From the NCBI GenBank assembly GCA_041494705.1, contig JBGQBI010000001.1, positions 450,001 through 482,000 of the forward strand: a DNA stretch of 32,000 bases, read 5' to 3'. Position 1 is the stretch's first letter, and each line of letters starts with the position of its first letter. Both the position numbers and the translations under genes were made by a program. A model generated the notes under the pieces. It was not told where the DNA came from and searched no databases. It saw nothing but the letters and a program-made list of their open reading frames with translations. This document shows, piece after piece, positions 9,239 to 17,542 of the stretch. Source of the DNA: Candidatus Methanoperedens sp. Lineage in GTDB: Archaea; Halobacteriota; Methanosarcinia; Methanosarcinales; Methanoperedenaceae.

Positions 9239-10033
9239 CTATGGCAGGTATCTTTTCTTTTCAGGGTTGCTGACCGAATGATTATATGGTGGCGGGGGAA
9301 GAATGGTAATATTTACAATGGTATCTGTATGACATCCTTCGCATGCCCAGTACCCTCTTGAAATGAAACCGCTTGAGCCGTTTGCATTGCCCGGCGTTCG
9401 CCCGAATGTTTCGCCTATTCCATAGTTTGAGGACAGATTGCTTGCCTGCAGATAAAATGCCTGGTGTGCGTTTGAAAGGCTTAAATTGTACCCGGCTGCC
9501 GTAATATTGGAGAAACTCCCGAGAATCAGGGGGCTGTTATCGGAATAAACCCTGTTGCCGTGACACCTGTCATCATCGCATACCCTGACTGTTGCCCCTG
9601 TATGCGTAGTTGCGCCTGCACCGAAGAGGGAAGCATTATGGCACAGCATGCATATTTCCACGCCATCTATTTGCCCGTTCCTGTTCACGTCAAGGCTGAC
9701 ATTGGCAGTTTCAAAGGGATTGCTTGAGTTATACCAGACTGTTCCATTCCACGTCCATAGAGAACCATCATATGCGGTTATCGAGCCGTTATAGGCTATT
9801 CCTCCGAGTGAAAGATATGTGGTATAATTAGTATTTCCCGCCGCAGCTTTATGTTTTTCATAAACATATCCGCTGTGTTCAACCTGCGATAATATATCAG
9901 AATGGCATTTCTCGCATGAAACACCCATCCCGCTGTAGAAAGTGTGCTGCCCTGCAAAAAGCGAGACCGTGTTCGGCATCACGTATAAACCGAATACCAT
10001 CAAAGCAAAATATAACAGGATTTTCTTATTCAT
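9239..10033 (-). CDS. Small membrane-anchored or secreted multihaem c-type cytochrome (3 CxxCH + 1 C-x4-CH)
   Basis: The ORF track extends to 10072. I prefer the ATG at 10033 (MNKKILLYFALMVFGLYV...) because it follows GGTGAT and lies 4 nt after the upstream stop. Motifs: CEKCH, CMLCH, CDDDRCH, CEGCH. N-terminal hydrophobic helix. Confidence 0.8.
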   Translation of the reverse strand: MNKKILLYFALMVFGLYVMPNTVSLFAGQHTFYSGMGVSCEKCHSDILSQVEHSGYVYEKHKAAAGNTNYTTYLSLGGIAYNGSITAYDGSLWTWNGTVWYNSSNPFETANVSLDVNRNGQIDGVEICMLCHNASLFGAGATTHTGATVRVCDDDRCHGNRVYSDNSPLILGSFSNITAAGYNLSLSNAHQAFYLQASNLSSNYGIGETFGRTPGNANGSSGFISRGYWACEGCHTDTIVNITILPPPPYNHSVSNPEKKRYLP

Positions 10034-10037
10034 ATCA

Positions 10038-10475
10038 TCACCCCGAACTGTTTGCAAAGAATTGTTTTGCATGCCTGTACAGGGTCGCTGTGTCGCTGGT
10101 TATGTAATGGGCGGACTGGTTTATGCCACTAATATTTACGCTACCGACCTGATGTATCGTGATGTTGCCGTCGTCTTCGTAATTTGAATGGCAGTTTGTA
10201 CAGTAGATATTCTTCGTAAGGTTGTGCGCTGCATTAAGATTGTATGTTTCATTGATATTCGGGTTATAACCATGGCATATACATCCCACATTGGCGTGGG
10301 CGCTCGCATTCACAATTGATACCTTGGTTGGATGACATTTGATGCAGAAATCCACTGCTGTTGTCTTATTTGTGTAAATGGTATGGCTTCCTGAGAATAT
10401 CGCATACGTTGTAAACATGGAGGCGGCTAATAATATCCCAAAGATTGCAAACAATAACAATATTTTCTTATCCAT
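10038..10475 (-). CDS. Small membrane-anchored or secreted c-type cytochrome (2 CxxCH)
   Basis: 145 aa with N-terminus MDKKILLLFAIFGILLAASMF, paralogous to the N-terminus of the downstream gene. Motifs: CIKCH and CTNCH. The start is preceded by GAGGT, which overlaps the stop of the 1514-aa gene (TGAGGTAAATATG). Confidence 0.75.
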   Translation of the reverse strand: MDKKILLLFAIFGILLAASMFTTYAIFSGSHTIYTNKTTAVDFCIKCHPTKVSIVNASAHANVGCICHGYNPNINETYNLNAAHNLTKNIYCTNCHSNYEDDGNITIHQVGSVNISGINQSAHYITSDTATLYRHAKQFFANSSG

Positions 10476-10482
10476 ATTTACC

Positions 10483-13400
10483 TCATGAATATGTCTTGTC
10501 CGGATATGTATGGCAATAATTACAATCTATAGTCTTATTGTAACCATAAGTGGCTATTGCGTTGTTATACAATGCCGAATCATGGCAAACGGTGCAGTCG
10601 GTGATATTTAAAACGTTCGTTCCATTGTAATTATACGGTATACTTGTTATGTTATGCCTGTAGTCGCTTCTCTTATCAGCCGGAATTGGAATCTGCTGCA
10701 CCACAGCATGGCAGTCCTCGCATGCTTTTCTCGCGCCGGTATTATTGTGCCCTTTGGTATGGCAGTCCTCGCATGCCAATGAACCGTGCGGGCTGCTGTT
10801 GAACATGGTTGAATTGACATATTTATCAGGTTTGTTTACACTGCTGCCGTTCATGTAGTCGTAGTTGAAGTGGCAGCTTGTGCATAACCCTGTGCTTATA
10901 TTATGCACAAATTCTTTTATATTGTCAGTAGACTGTGATTTACTATGGCAGCCCTTGCATGTGGAATCGTTATAATCAGGTGTCAGGGAGTGGTTATAAT
11001 AGCCGCTCACATTGTAAGGCGAATAGGAGGAGGAGTTTGTAATCTCAGGAGGCACTGAAAGATTGGCGCCCGTAAAGGCCAGAGTCATGTTAATGTAGTT
11101 CTTTCCGTTGTTGGAATAGCCCAGATAGTGGCATCCTGCACACCAGTTGCCATTACTGGTAATAGATGAATTCATAATGTTGCTCCCGCTCCAGTTGGAA
11201 GGTTTCCCCAGGCCTGTCGCATTATGCCTTGCGTCGCCGTGGCAATAATCGCACATGCTCTGCTGGCTGGTATTTGTCCAATACCCCTGCTGCGTGCCGT
11301 TCCAGAAAGAACCATTCAACGGGTTATCGCCGTGCTGGACTGTGGAGACTTTTGGAGGCTTATTTGAAAGAATTAAATCCAATGTATTTTGCTGGTGGCA
11401 ATCGGTGCAATTTACAGCCGTCTGGTTCGCAGTAGTGTAGTTTCCATTGGGCTGGCTATTGGGCTGGAGATAGGTCATTGGATGGATATTTGTCTTATTT
11501 GGACCTGTATGGCATTCAGTGCAATTGACCGTATTGTTGTGCATTTCTTTATATGTCGTCACTGCTCCGGTATAATTTGTGGTTCCATTTGATGTATTCA
11601 GCCCATGACAACCCAGGCAATATGAGCTATTATACAGTGTGATGTTAATATCCGGTTTAATTAATTGAGCACTATGCAGCGATGCATTTGTACTATTGTG
11701 GCATTCGCTTACGCTGCACGACGGGCTGGAGGAATTATATCTCAGGCTGTGGTTGGATATGCTTCGATTCGCAACATCCTGGAATACACCGTTGAATTCA
11801 CCTGTGCTGTTGCTGTTATGGCAATAAATACAATAATCATAACTCCCTGCAGTCTTTCCAAAGTTTGACCTGTTAGCGCCGTAATGGTAGAAGCTCGTGT
11901 TTCCTCCATTGACCCCTATTCCGTCGCTTGCATACGAGCCGTAATCCGTATCATTATTGGGTATTCTCATCCCTGATATGTTCTCATTCTCATGACATCC
12001 TATACATGAAGCGAGATCACTTGTCTTATTATCCAGCGCCCTGATATTTGTCCCGTTCCTGTAATGATTGGATATAATCGTTGCATTGTATGCTCCTGCA
12101 TTGCTTCCATTCGCAAGATGGCAGTCCGTGCAGGTGTAGGGCGTGTCTCTCTTATCCGGGTGGGTGTTGTTAGCTACTACGTAGCCGCTTGAGTTGTGAC
12201 ATGCCCAGCAGCTTGCGTTTATGCCATAGCCCGAAGCGTTGTTGCTGTTTATGTTTGCATGCACGGATATGCTGAAATTCGCGCCGTCTATGTAATGCAG
12301 GCCGGTGAAGTTCTGGGGATTGGAGTTATTATGGCAGTCAAGGCAGCCGGGACCGCCGCCGAGTACCACTTCGTTTGAATGGAAATCTACCGGCATGCTC
12401 TGGTTTCTGGTATGACAGGTATAGCACGAATTGTTGCTTATTGCGTATCTGTTCCCGAACATGTTGCTGGCGTTTACCTGCATTGCATTGCCCCATCCAT
12501 TTCTTATTGTTTCAATGCTCTGGTTGTGGCAGAACAGGCAGTTGGTGGTGTTGGGCATGCGGTCTATGGGGACTGTCCAGTGAGGTGGATCGTACTTGCC
12601 AACTGGTACAGAAGCATCGTTATACTGTGCATAGTAACCTCCGAAATTAGACTTGTTGAAATAGGGGGCTGCGTGACACGTTCCTTCTCCTGTGACTGCG
12701 TTGTAACTATAGCAGGTGGTAGAGTATGTTGCAGTGCCGCCCTGCGAGGGTACGCTTACATTAGTGCCCGTTATGTTGGAGTAATTGATATGGGAATAAA
12801 CATAGGGCAATGTATCATTTATGTCGCTCCTCAATGAATAGAAAGTGGTCCGGTTCGGGCCGGTGAAGAGACTGGTGGTGTTGGGGAGGTGGCAGTTCTC
12901 GCACAGTTTGACGCTCTGGAGGTTCGTTGCGATCGTGCCGGAGTTTGCTGAACCGTGGCAGGCATAGCACGGCTCGGAATCGCTGGGAACTGAGTTTGAT
13001 TCGTTGAAGTCATCCTGTTCCCAGTCAAAACCACGATCGTACGTAAGGGATGGGACGTCAATACCGCCGTGGATTGAATATGAATAGAACCACGGCTGAG
13101 AGTGGAATGTGTCGTTTGCGTTCGTGGATTTATTATGGCAGTTGCCACAGTCCTGGCTTTTTGCGGGATGTCTTGTGAGGTTGGCGTACCATTCCGTTGC
13201 ATTTGCAGGGGATTTGTGGCACAGCGAGCAGTTGGTGCTGTTTTTGATAAGGCTGGTGTTGGTGGCGTAGTGGGATATATTGGAATAGATTGCATCTATA
13301 GCGTCACCACCACTTATATAAAAACCACTCGTATTAAAACCGCCCATGCTTTTTATGTGGCAGGCGGCGCAATCTACCGAAGAGTTCAAGTCTGATGTAA

Positions 13401-15027
13401 TTTTGTAACCCAAACCTGCTGTGACTTCAATGGTATAATTATACGGTATGTGGTTGTATATTTTCCTCGCACTTAGGTCATTAATCCTGTCTGCATCGGT
13501 GTAGGTGAGGTTGTAGGTCGCATTATGGCATGCAACGCAGCCGGTTATTATTATTGTTGTGTTAAACTCTGTGCCGTTGGTATGGCATGCCCAGCAGGCT
13601 TTGTTCACAGGATCTGATAAAAGATTTGTTTTGTTTGCAAGATGGTTTAGATTTTGATGAGTTGCATTCGAGGACGAGTTCATTTTAGAAACATCCACTT
13701 TAGCTATCGAGTTGTTTGTGGTATTCGACACATCATGACATTTAACACAATCAGAAATATCCCCTGTGAGGTGAACTATCCCACTCTTTTTCACAAGCGA
13801 TTCCTGTCCTGTTATCGCAAAAGGGGACAGCGAACCTGTGCCGGCGCTTAACGTGCTATTTGTAATGTCCCTGATGGTTTCAAGCATCTCCCATTGTGTA
13901 ACATTCCAGTGATAGACTACAAGCGTATTTTCATTTACATTGTTGAGTTCGGCTTTGCTGTAGTGTATAGTTACTTCTGCTGATGAAAATGATATATTCT
14001 CCGCGCTAATCTCCACAAATTTTACAACCTTTCCCGGAACCGGAACTGGCACGGGGTTTTTCTTCCCGAAATCATCAAGAATGACTTTTCCTTTCCCGTG
14101 GACTGAAGCATTTTCCAGCTTCAGGGCGGCATTTTTTGTGGGGATTGCATCAATTTTAAAGGTTTTTGGATTATCCGGTGCTGCGCTGGCTACGGGTAGA
14201 AAAAAATCCAGAATTGAATAAAATATCACTGCCGGCTCGGTGATAATCGGGAAAGCCAGCCCGATTAGACCTGAGTTGTTTACCTTACGATAAGATTTGA
14301 CCAGCGAATTGTTTTCAAATATCTCTACAGTTGAATTGACAAGAGAACCCGATGTATCTATGACATTGATGTCCCACTCCGGAGAAGGAGCCACAATCGC
14401 AAAGACTGACAAAGAGTTCACCGTCGTGCCCAGGATATTATTTACCGCATCGATTTTTGTTGGCAGTTCGTTCCATACCTGCATAGCGCCATCGTACTTG
14501 TAAATAGTAAGGTTATTCACATCCAGTCCGCTCACTTCCGCATCCGTGTATTTTATTGATATATCGGCGTTAGAAAAGGAAACGCCGCTGGAATTGACTT
14601 CAACGTACTTTACCGGCGTCCCGGGCGCGGATACATTTACGCTCCCGGGCTGGTTGATACCGTAATTTTCCAGTACTACCCTTCCTTTTGGCGAATCACC
14701 TGAAATCCGAAGATTGATTGATATGCCCTTGGTTGCAAAATCATCATAACTGATTATAGTGCCAGGGATTCCGTGCCAGCTTATAAGATTGACATCCGGT
14801 TTTGGAGGGCCGCTTGATACCCCATCTCCGCTTAAAGATATTGCGCCCGTTAACGGATTTCCTGCACTGTCTGTGAATGTTATCTCGCCGCTTGTTTTTT
14901 GCGCTTCGGTATGTGTAAGTATTGGAGGAAAATACAATAAAGCCGCAGCTATGCCTGATAAAACTACAAACACAAGTATTATGAGCCTGATATTAGAGAG
15001 GCCTGCCTTATCTCTTAAAACATCCAT
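10483..15027 (-). CDS. Giant multihaem c-type cytochrome (1514 aa) with N-terminal anchor and two S-layer-type (PGF-pre-PGF-like) beta domains
   Basis: N-terminal TM/signal IRLIILVFVVLSGIAAALLY. A non-haem region (aa ~45-410) contains two related ~100-aa domains. From aa 427 on I hand-counted 26 CxxCH, plus CSVSECH (C-x4-CH) and CYSYNAVTGEGTCH (C-x11-CH). Extremely Asn/Ser/Thr rich. Confidence 0.9.
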   Translation of the reverse strand: MDVLRDKAGLSNIRLIILVFVVLSGIAAALLYFPPILTHTEAQKTSGEITFTDSAGNPLTGAISLSGDGVSSGPPKPDVNLISWHGIPGTIISYDDFATKGISINLRISGDSPKGRVVLENYGINQPGSVNVSAPGTPVKYVEVNSSGVSFSNADISIKYTDAEVSGLDVNNLTIYKYDGAMQVWNELPTKIDAVNNILGTTVNSLSVFAIVAPSPEWDINVIDTSGSLVNSTVEIFENNSLVKSYRKVNNSGLIGLAFPIITEPAVIFYSILDFFLPVASAAPDNPKTFKIDAIPTKNAALKLENASVHGKGKVILDDFGKKNPVPVPVPGKVVKFVEISAENISFSSAEVTIHYSKAELNNVNENTLVVYHWNVTQWEMLETIRDITNSTLSAGTGSLSPFAITGQESLVKKSGIVHLTGDISDCVKCHDVSNTTNNSIAKVDVSKMNSSSNATHQNLNHLANKTNLLSDPVNKACWACHTNGTEFNTTIIITGCVACHNATYNLTYTDADRINDLSARKIYNHIPYNYTIEVTAGLGYKITSDLNSSVDCAACHIKSMGGFNTSGFYISGGDAIDAIYSNISHYATNTSLIKNSTNCSLCHKSPANATEWYANLTRHPAKSQDCGNCHNKSTNANDTFHSQPWFYSYSIHGGIDVPSLTYDRGFDWEQDDFNESNSVPSDSEPCYACHGSANSGTIATNLQSVKLCENCHLPNTTSLFTGPNRTTFYSLRSDINDTLPYVYSHINYSNITGTNVSVPSQGGTATYSTTCYSYNAVTGEGTCHAAPYFNKSNFGGYYAQYNDASVPVGKYDPPHWTVPIDRMPNTTNCLFCHNQSIETIRNGWGNAMQVNASNMFGNRYAISNNSCYTCHTRNQSMPVDFHSNEVVLGGGPGCLDCHNNSNPQNFTGLHYIDGANFSISVHANINSNNASGYGINASCWACHNSSGYVVANNTHPDKRDTPYTCTDCHLANGSNAGAYNATIISNHYRNGTNIRALDNKTSDLASCIGCHENENISGMRIPNNDTDYGSYASDGIGVNGGNTSFYHYGANRSNFGKTAGSYDYCIYCHNSNSTGEFNGVFQDVANRSISNHSLRYNSSSPSCSVSECHNSTNASLHSAQLIKPDINITLYNSSYCLGCHGLNTSNGTTNYTGAVTTYKEMHNNTVNCTECHTGPNKTNIHPMTYLQPNSQPNGNYTTANQTAVNCTDCHQQNTLDLILSNKPPKVSTVQHGDNPLNGSFWNGTQQGYWTNTSQQSMCDYCHGDARHNATGLGKPSNWSGSNIMNSSITSNGNWCAGCHYLGYSNNGKNYINMTLAFTGANLSVPPEITNSSSYSPYNVSGYYNHSLTPDYNDSTCKGCHSKSQSTDNIKEFVHNISTGLCTSCHFNYDYMNGSSVNKPDKYVNSTMFNSSPHGSLACEDCHTKGHNNTGARKACEDCHAVVQQIPIPADKRSDYRHNITSIPYNYNGTNVLNITDCTVCHDSALYNNAIATYGYNKTIDCNYCHTYPDKTYS
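13807..14691 (-). repeat. Two copies of a ~100-aa beta-sandwich domain (archaeal S-layer / PGF-pre-PGF-like) within the 1514-aa cytochrome
   Basis: Copy 1 (14389-14691) reads GRVVLENYG...PVKYVEVNSSGVSFSNADISIKYTDAEVSGLDVNNLTIYKYDG..WNELPT...LSVFAIVAP. Copy 2 (13807-14097) reads GKVILDDFG...VVKFVEISAENISFSSAEVTIHYSKAELNNVNENTLVVYHWN..WEMLET...LSPFAITG. Confidence 0.6.
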
Positions 15028-15191
15028 TTTTTTGACCCTGGTTTTCTACATTGTTTTCATTCCAATCCTATTTTCCTATCACCTTAATTGTTATTTATGC
15101 GCGTTCAAAATAAATAGGTTTACATGATTTTAATTGAATGAACATAATTATCAATCAGGAACCTGGCTTTTGGTTGTATTGAATGGCATTA

Positions 15192-16028
15192 TCATGACGT
15201 TAAATAATCCGTATGACGCCCGCTATATACATACCCGACACCGAATGCGGAAAATGCAAGTATGAAGATGCTGAAAATGATTAGCCATGCAATCCTTTTT
15301 CCGGTCCATCCCGCATTCATCCGCAGGTGCAGGCAAATCCCGTATGTGAACCATGAAATCAAAGACCATGTCTCGATGGGGTCCCAGCCCCAGTACCTCC
15401 CCCATGTCTGGTTTGCCCATATAGCGCCTGCTGCTATCATGATAGTAAGGGCGAAAAATCCCAATGCCACGAAACGATACATAAGATCGTCCATTGTTCG
15501 CAAGTCGGGCAGCCTGTCGTAAAATGAATCCTGGACTCCGGTATTTAAGTGCTTCTCTTTCAATATATAAAGAGCAGCAATGCCTGCCGCTACCATTACT
15601 GACCCGAAGCCAAGACTTGCAAAACCCACATGGACTATCAGCCAGTAACTCTGGAGAGAAGCCGGTATCATCTGGATATCCCTCGAATAAGTCGAACCTA
15701 TAGCCATCATCAAAAAGGATGCGGGCAGCACTATAAATCCTGCAATCTTTATCTTTTCATATTTTTGCTGCGCGAGCAGGAATATAACTACGGAAAACCA
15801 TGCATATTTTGATAAAACCTCGTACATACTGATGTAGGGACCGTGCCCTGTTTCTATCCACCGCAGGGCTATGGAAACGCTGTGGAACAACAAGCCGATT
15901 AGGGCGCTGCTGACTGCAAGATTTATTCTTTCTTCTTTCTTGAAAACAAGGCAGTATAAGTAAACAGCCGAACTGAGCGCATAAAGCATTGCAGCGGCCA
16001 CGTACATAATCCATTCAGTCTGTCCCAT
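15192..16028 (-). CDS. ccsA: Cytochrome c biogenesis System II haem-handling protein CcsA/ResC
   Basis: 278-aa polytopic membrane protein with the tryptophan-rich WWD-type motif WGRYWGWDPIETWSLISW followed by a conserved His (CLHLR). Confidence 0.9.
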   Translation of the reverse strand: MGQTEWIMYVAAAMLYALSSAVYLYCLVFKKEERINLAVSSALIGLLFHSVSIALRWIETGHGPYISMYEVLSKYAWFSVVIFLLAQQKYEKIKIAGFIVLPASFLMMAIGSTYSRDIQMIPASLQSYWLIVHVGFASLGFGSVMVAAGIAALYILKEKHLNTGVQDSFYDRLPDLRTMDDLMYRFVALGFFALTIMIAAGAIWANQTWGRYWGWDPIETWSLISWFTYGICLHLRMNAGWTGKRIAWLIIFSIFILAFSAFGVGYVYSGRHTDYLTS

Positions 16029-17415
16029 GTAACCTCTTAATCTTATCTACAATACCTGAATATTCTTCTTCATATAAAGACCTGAACTTATCCGCCCGCC
16101 CTCCTATATAAATTTCCACTGCACCGGACTTTTCATCCCTCTTAACCTCAACCCATACCCTTTTAGGGATTATAAAGAAAGATACCATCAGGCTGAGTAT
16201 CATCAATCCGGCTCCCGCATACACAAGAGGCGTTCCGTCGTCCTTCACCACGTAGAAATTACTCCAGTATTTTATATCGTAAAAACCAAGATATTTATCA
16301 GATATTTTCACGGTCTCGTTGAGCCGCAAAGTCCCATCGTAAATCTGCTTTCCCCTGTCAAATACCCTCAAAAACATGATAGGTGTTTTTTCGGCTTCGG
16401 ATTCCATGAGTTTTCCTGTCAAAGGCGCAGTCATGTAAACCATCAATCCCCCTTCAAGCCCCGTATTCCCCATTTCAAATGATGCGACATACCTCCCGCT
16501 GTTATCGAGGTCTGATGCGGTTATATACGAGCCGGAATATACCGTCCCGTCAGGATTTTTCAACAACAGCAGCGGCGCAAGACCATAGACGTTTCCAAGA
16601 AACGTGTATCCATTATAAGTCATCATGTGATTTGAATATACGATATCAGTTTTCACTTTCTGACCATTCTCTATTATGGCAAGCTCACCTGCTGCTCCGC
16701 GAGGCGTATGTGTTTCATCCTTATAATCAGGGAAGAATCTCTCAAGAGATATACCGAATTTCCGATGTTGTTCATAAAAAAAAGGACCTTCATTGATAAA
16801 CATATAGTTCCCGTGCTCTTCTTCCATGGTCTGTCCCTCTATTAATCGCATATCCCCTTCCATCCTGCCCGTACTGCCGTAAACCGCAGCTATTATGATG
16901 AAAAGTATGCTGATGTGAAATAGCGATGTGCCCATTATCCCTAGCCTGTTTTTTTCAGCAAGAATGCAATTCTCTTCCTGCCATACCTTATATCCTGCGG
17001 ACTTAAGTAAAGAACCAGTTTCAGAAATAACACTGTTGCTATCTTTTTTTGTTTTAATTACCGAGCTGTTCTCAAGTCCGGTAATGTATGCTTTTTTTTG
17101 GAATTGTGGAGCATTGAGCCTTCGAAAAGCGTTGTTCAACATCGTTCTTGTGCAAAAAAGAGTATTGATGACAAGGAGCGCCGCTATACTTAAAAATATA
17201 AATGATGAAAAAAGATGGGTAAAACCGATTTTCTCAAAGATATCAGCCTGCTCCGGATGGGCAGACTTCCATTTATCATATACATCAGGCTTGAGCTGCG
17301 ATTGCTGGGGTACATGGGTCCCGATTATCGAAAATACGATAATAAGAGTAATAAGAACTATCGCAAGTTTTCTGGAGCTAAAAAAAGTAGCGATTTTGCC
17401 CATACTAAAATCCAT
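16015..17415 (-). CDS. resB: Cytochrome c biogenesis System II protein ResB/CcsB (Ccs1)
   Basis: 466 aa with a ResB-type N-terminus FFSSRKLAIVLITLIIVFSIIGTHVPQQ, a large soluble loop and a C-terminal TM YAGAGLMILSLMVSFFIIPKRVWVEV. It overlaps ccsA by 14 nt. Confidence 0.85.
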   Translation of the reverse strand: MDFSMGKIATFFSSRKLAIVLITLIIVFSIIGTHVPQQSQLKPDVYDKWKSAHPEQADIFEKIGFTHLFSSFIFLSIAALLVINTLFCTRTMLNNAFRRLNAPQFQKKAYITGLENSSVIKTKKDSNSVISETGSLLKSAGYKVWQEENCILAEKNRLGIMGTSLFHISILFIIIAAVYGSTGRMEGDMRLIEGQTMEEEHGNYMFINEGPFFYEQHRKFGISLERFFPDYKDETHTPRGAAGELAIIENGQKVKTDIVYSNHMMTYNGYTFLGNVYGLAPLLLLKNPDGTVYSGSYITASDLDNSGRYVASFEMGNTGLEGGLMVYMTAPLTGKLMESEAEKTPIMFLRVFDRGKQIYDGTLRLNETVKISDKYLGFYDIKYWSNFYVVKDDGTPLVYAGAGLMILSLMVSFFIIPKRVWVEVKRDEKSGAVEIYIGGRADKFRSLYEEEYSGIVDKIKRLHGTD

Positions 17416-17542
17416 TATTTTATCTTCCTGGCTTATTGTTTTTCTAATGTATTACGTTGTTCCATAGAATTGATGCGCATCTCACTATACCCTTGATAAG
17501 TAGATATAAATAACTTTGCAGATGATGTAAACGTAAACTAAA

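Noticed and set aside
10034-10072. Longer N-terminal extensions given by the ORF track for three genes (to 10072, 19517 and 22476).
   Set aside because: Each extension overlaps the 3' end of the upstream gene and precedes an internal ATG. That ATG has a purine-rich Shine-Dalgarno-like element upstream (weaker at 19454) and opens a conventional N-terminus: M-(N/D)-K-K/L hydrophobic leader peptides at 10033 and 22437, and the B12-domain N-terminus MSKKVLLITPPYH at 19454. The shorter forms are preferred.
10272-10283. GCICH (C-x1-CH) in the 145-aa cytochrome, considered as a third haem-binding site.
   Set aside because: One-residue spacing is not a known haem c attachment motif. It is more likely a Cys plus a distal His ligand or a structural feature, so it is not counted among the canonical sites.
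12379-12837. Long plus-strand ORFs inside the giant cytochrome genes (for example 12379-12837, 13102-13395, 24023-24583, 24937-25374, 11229-11592).
   Set aside because: They are antisense shadows of the cytochrome genes. Their Cys/Val/Ala-rich translations mirror reverse-complemented CxxCH and Asn codons. They have no motifs, no start context, and they overlap strongly supported genes.
12831-13295. Same-strand alternative-frame ORF (154 aa, Pro/Thr/Ser/Arg-rich) inside the 1514-aa gene.
   Set aside because: It has low-complexity composition and lies wholly inside a frame that carries repeated CxxCH motifs. There is no independent signal.
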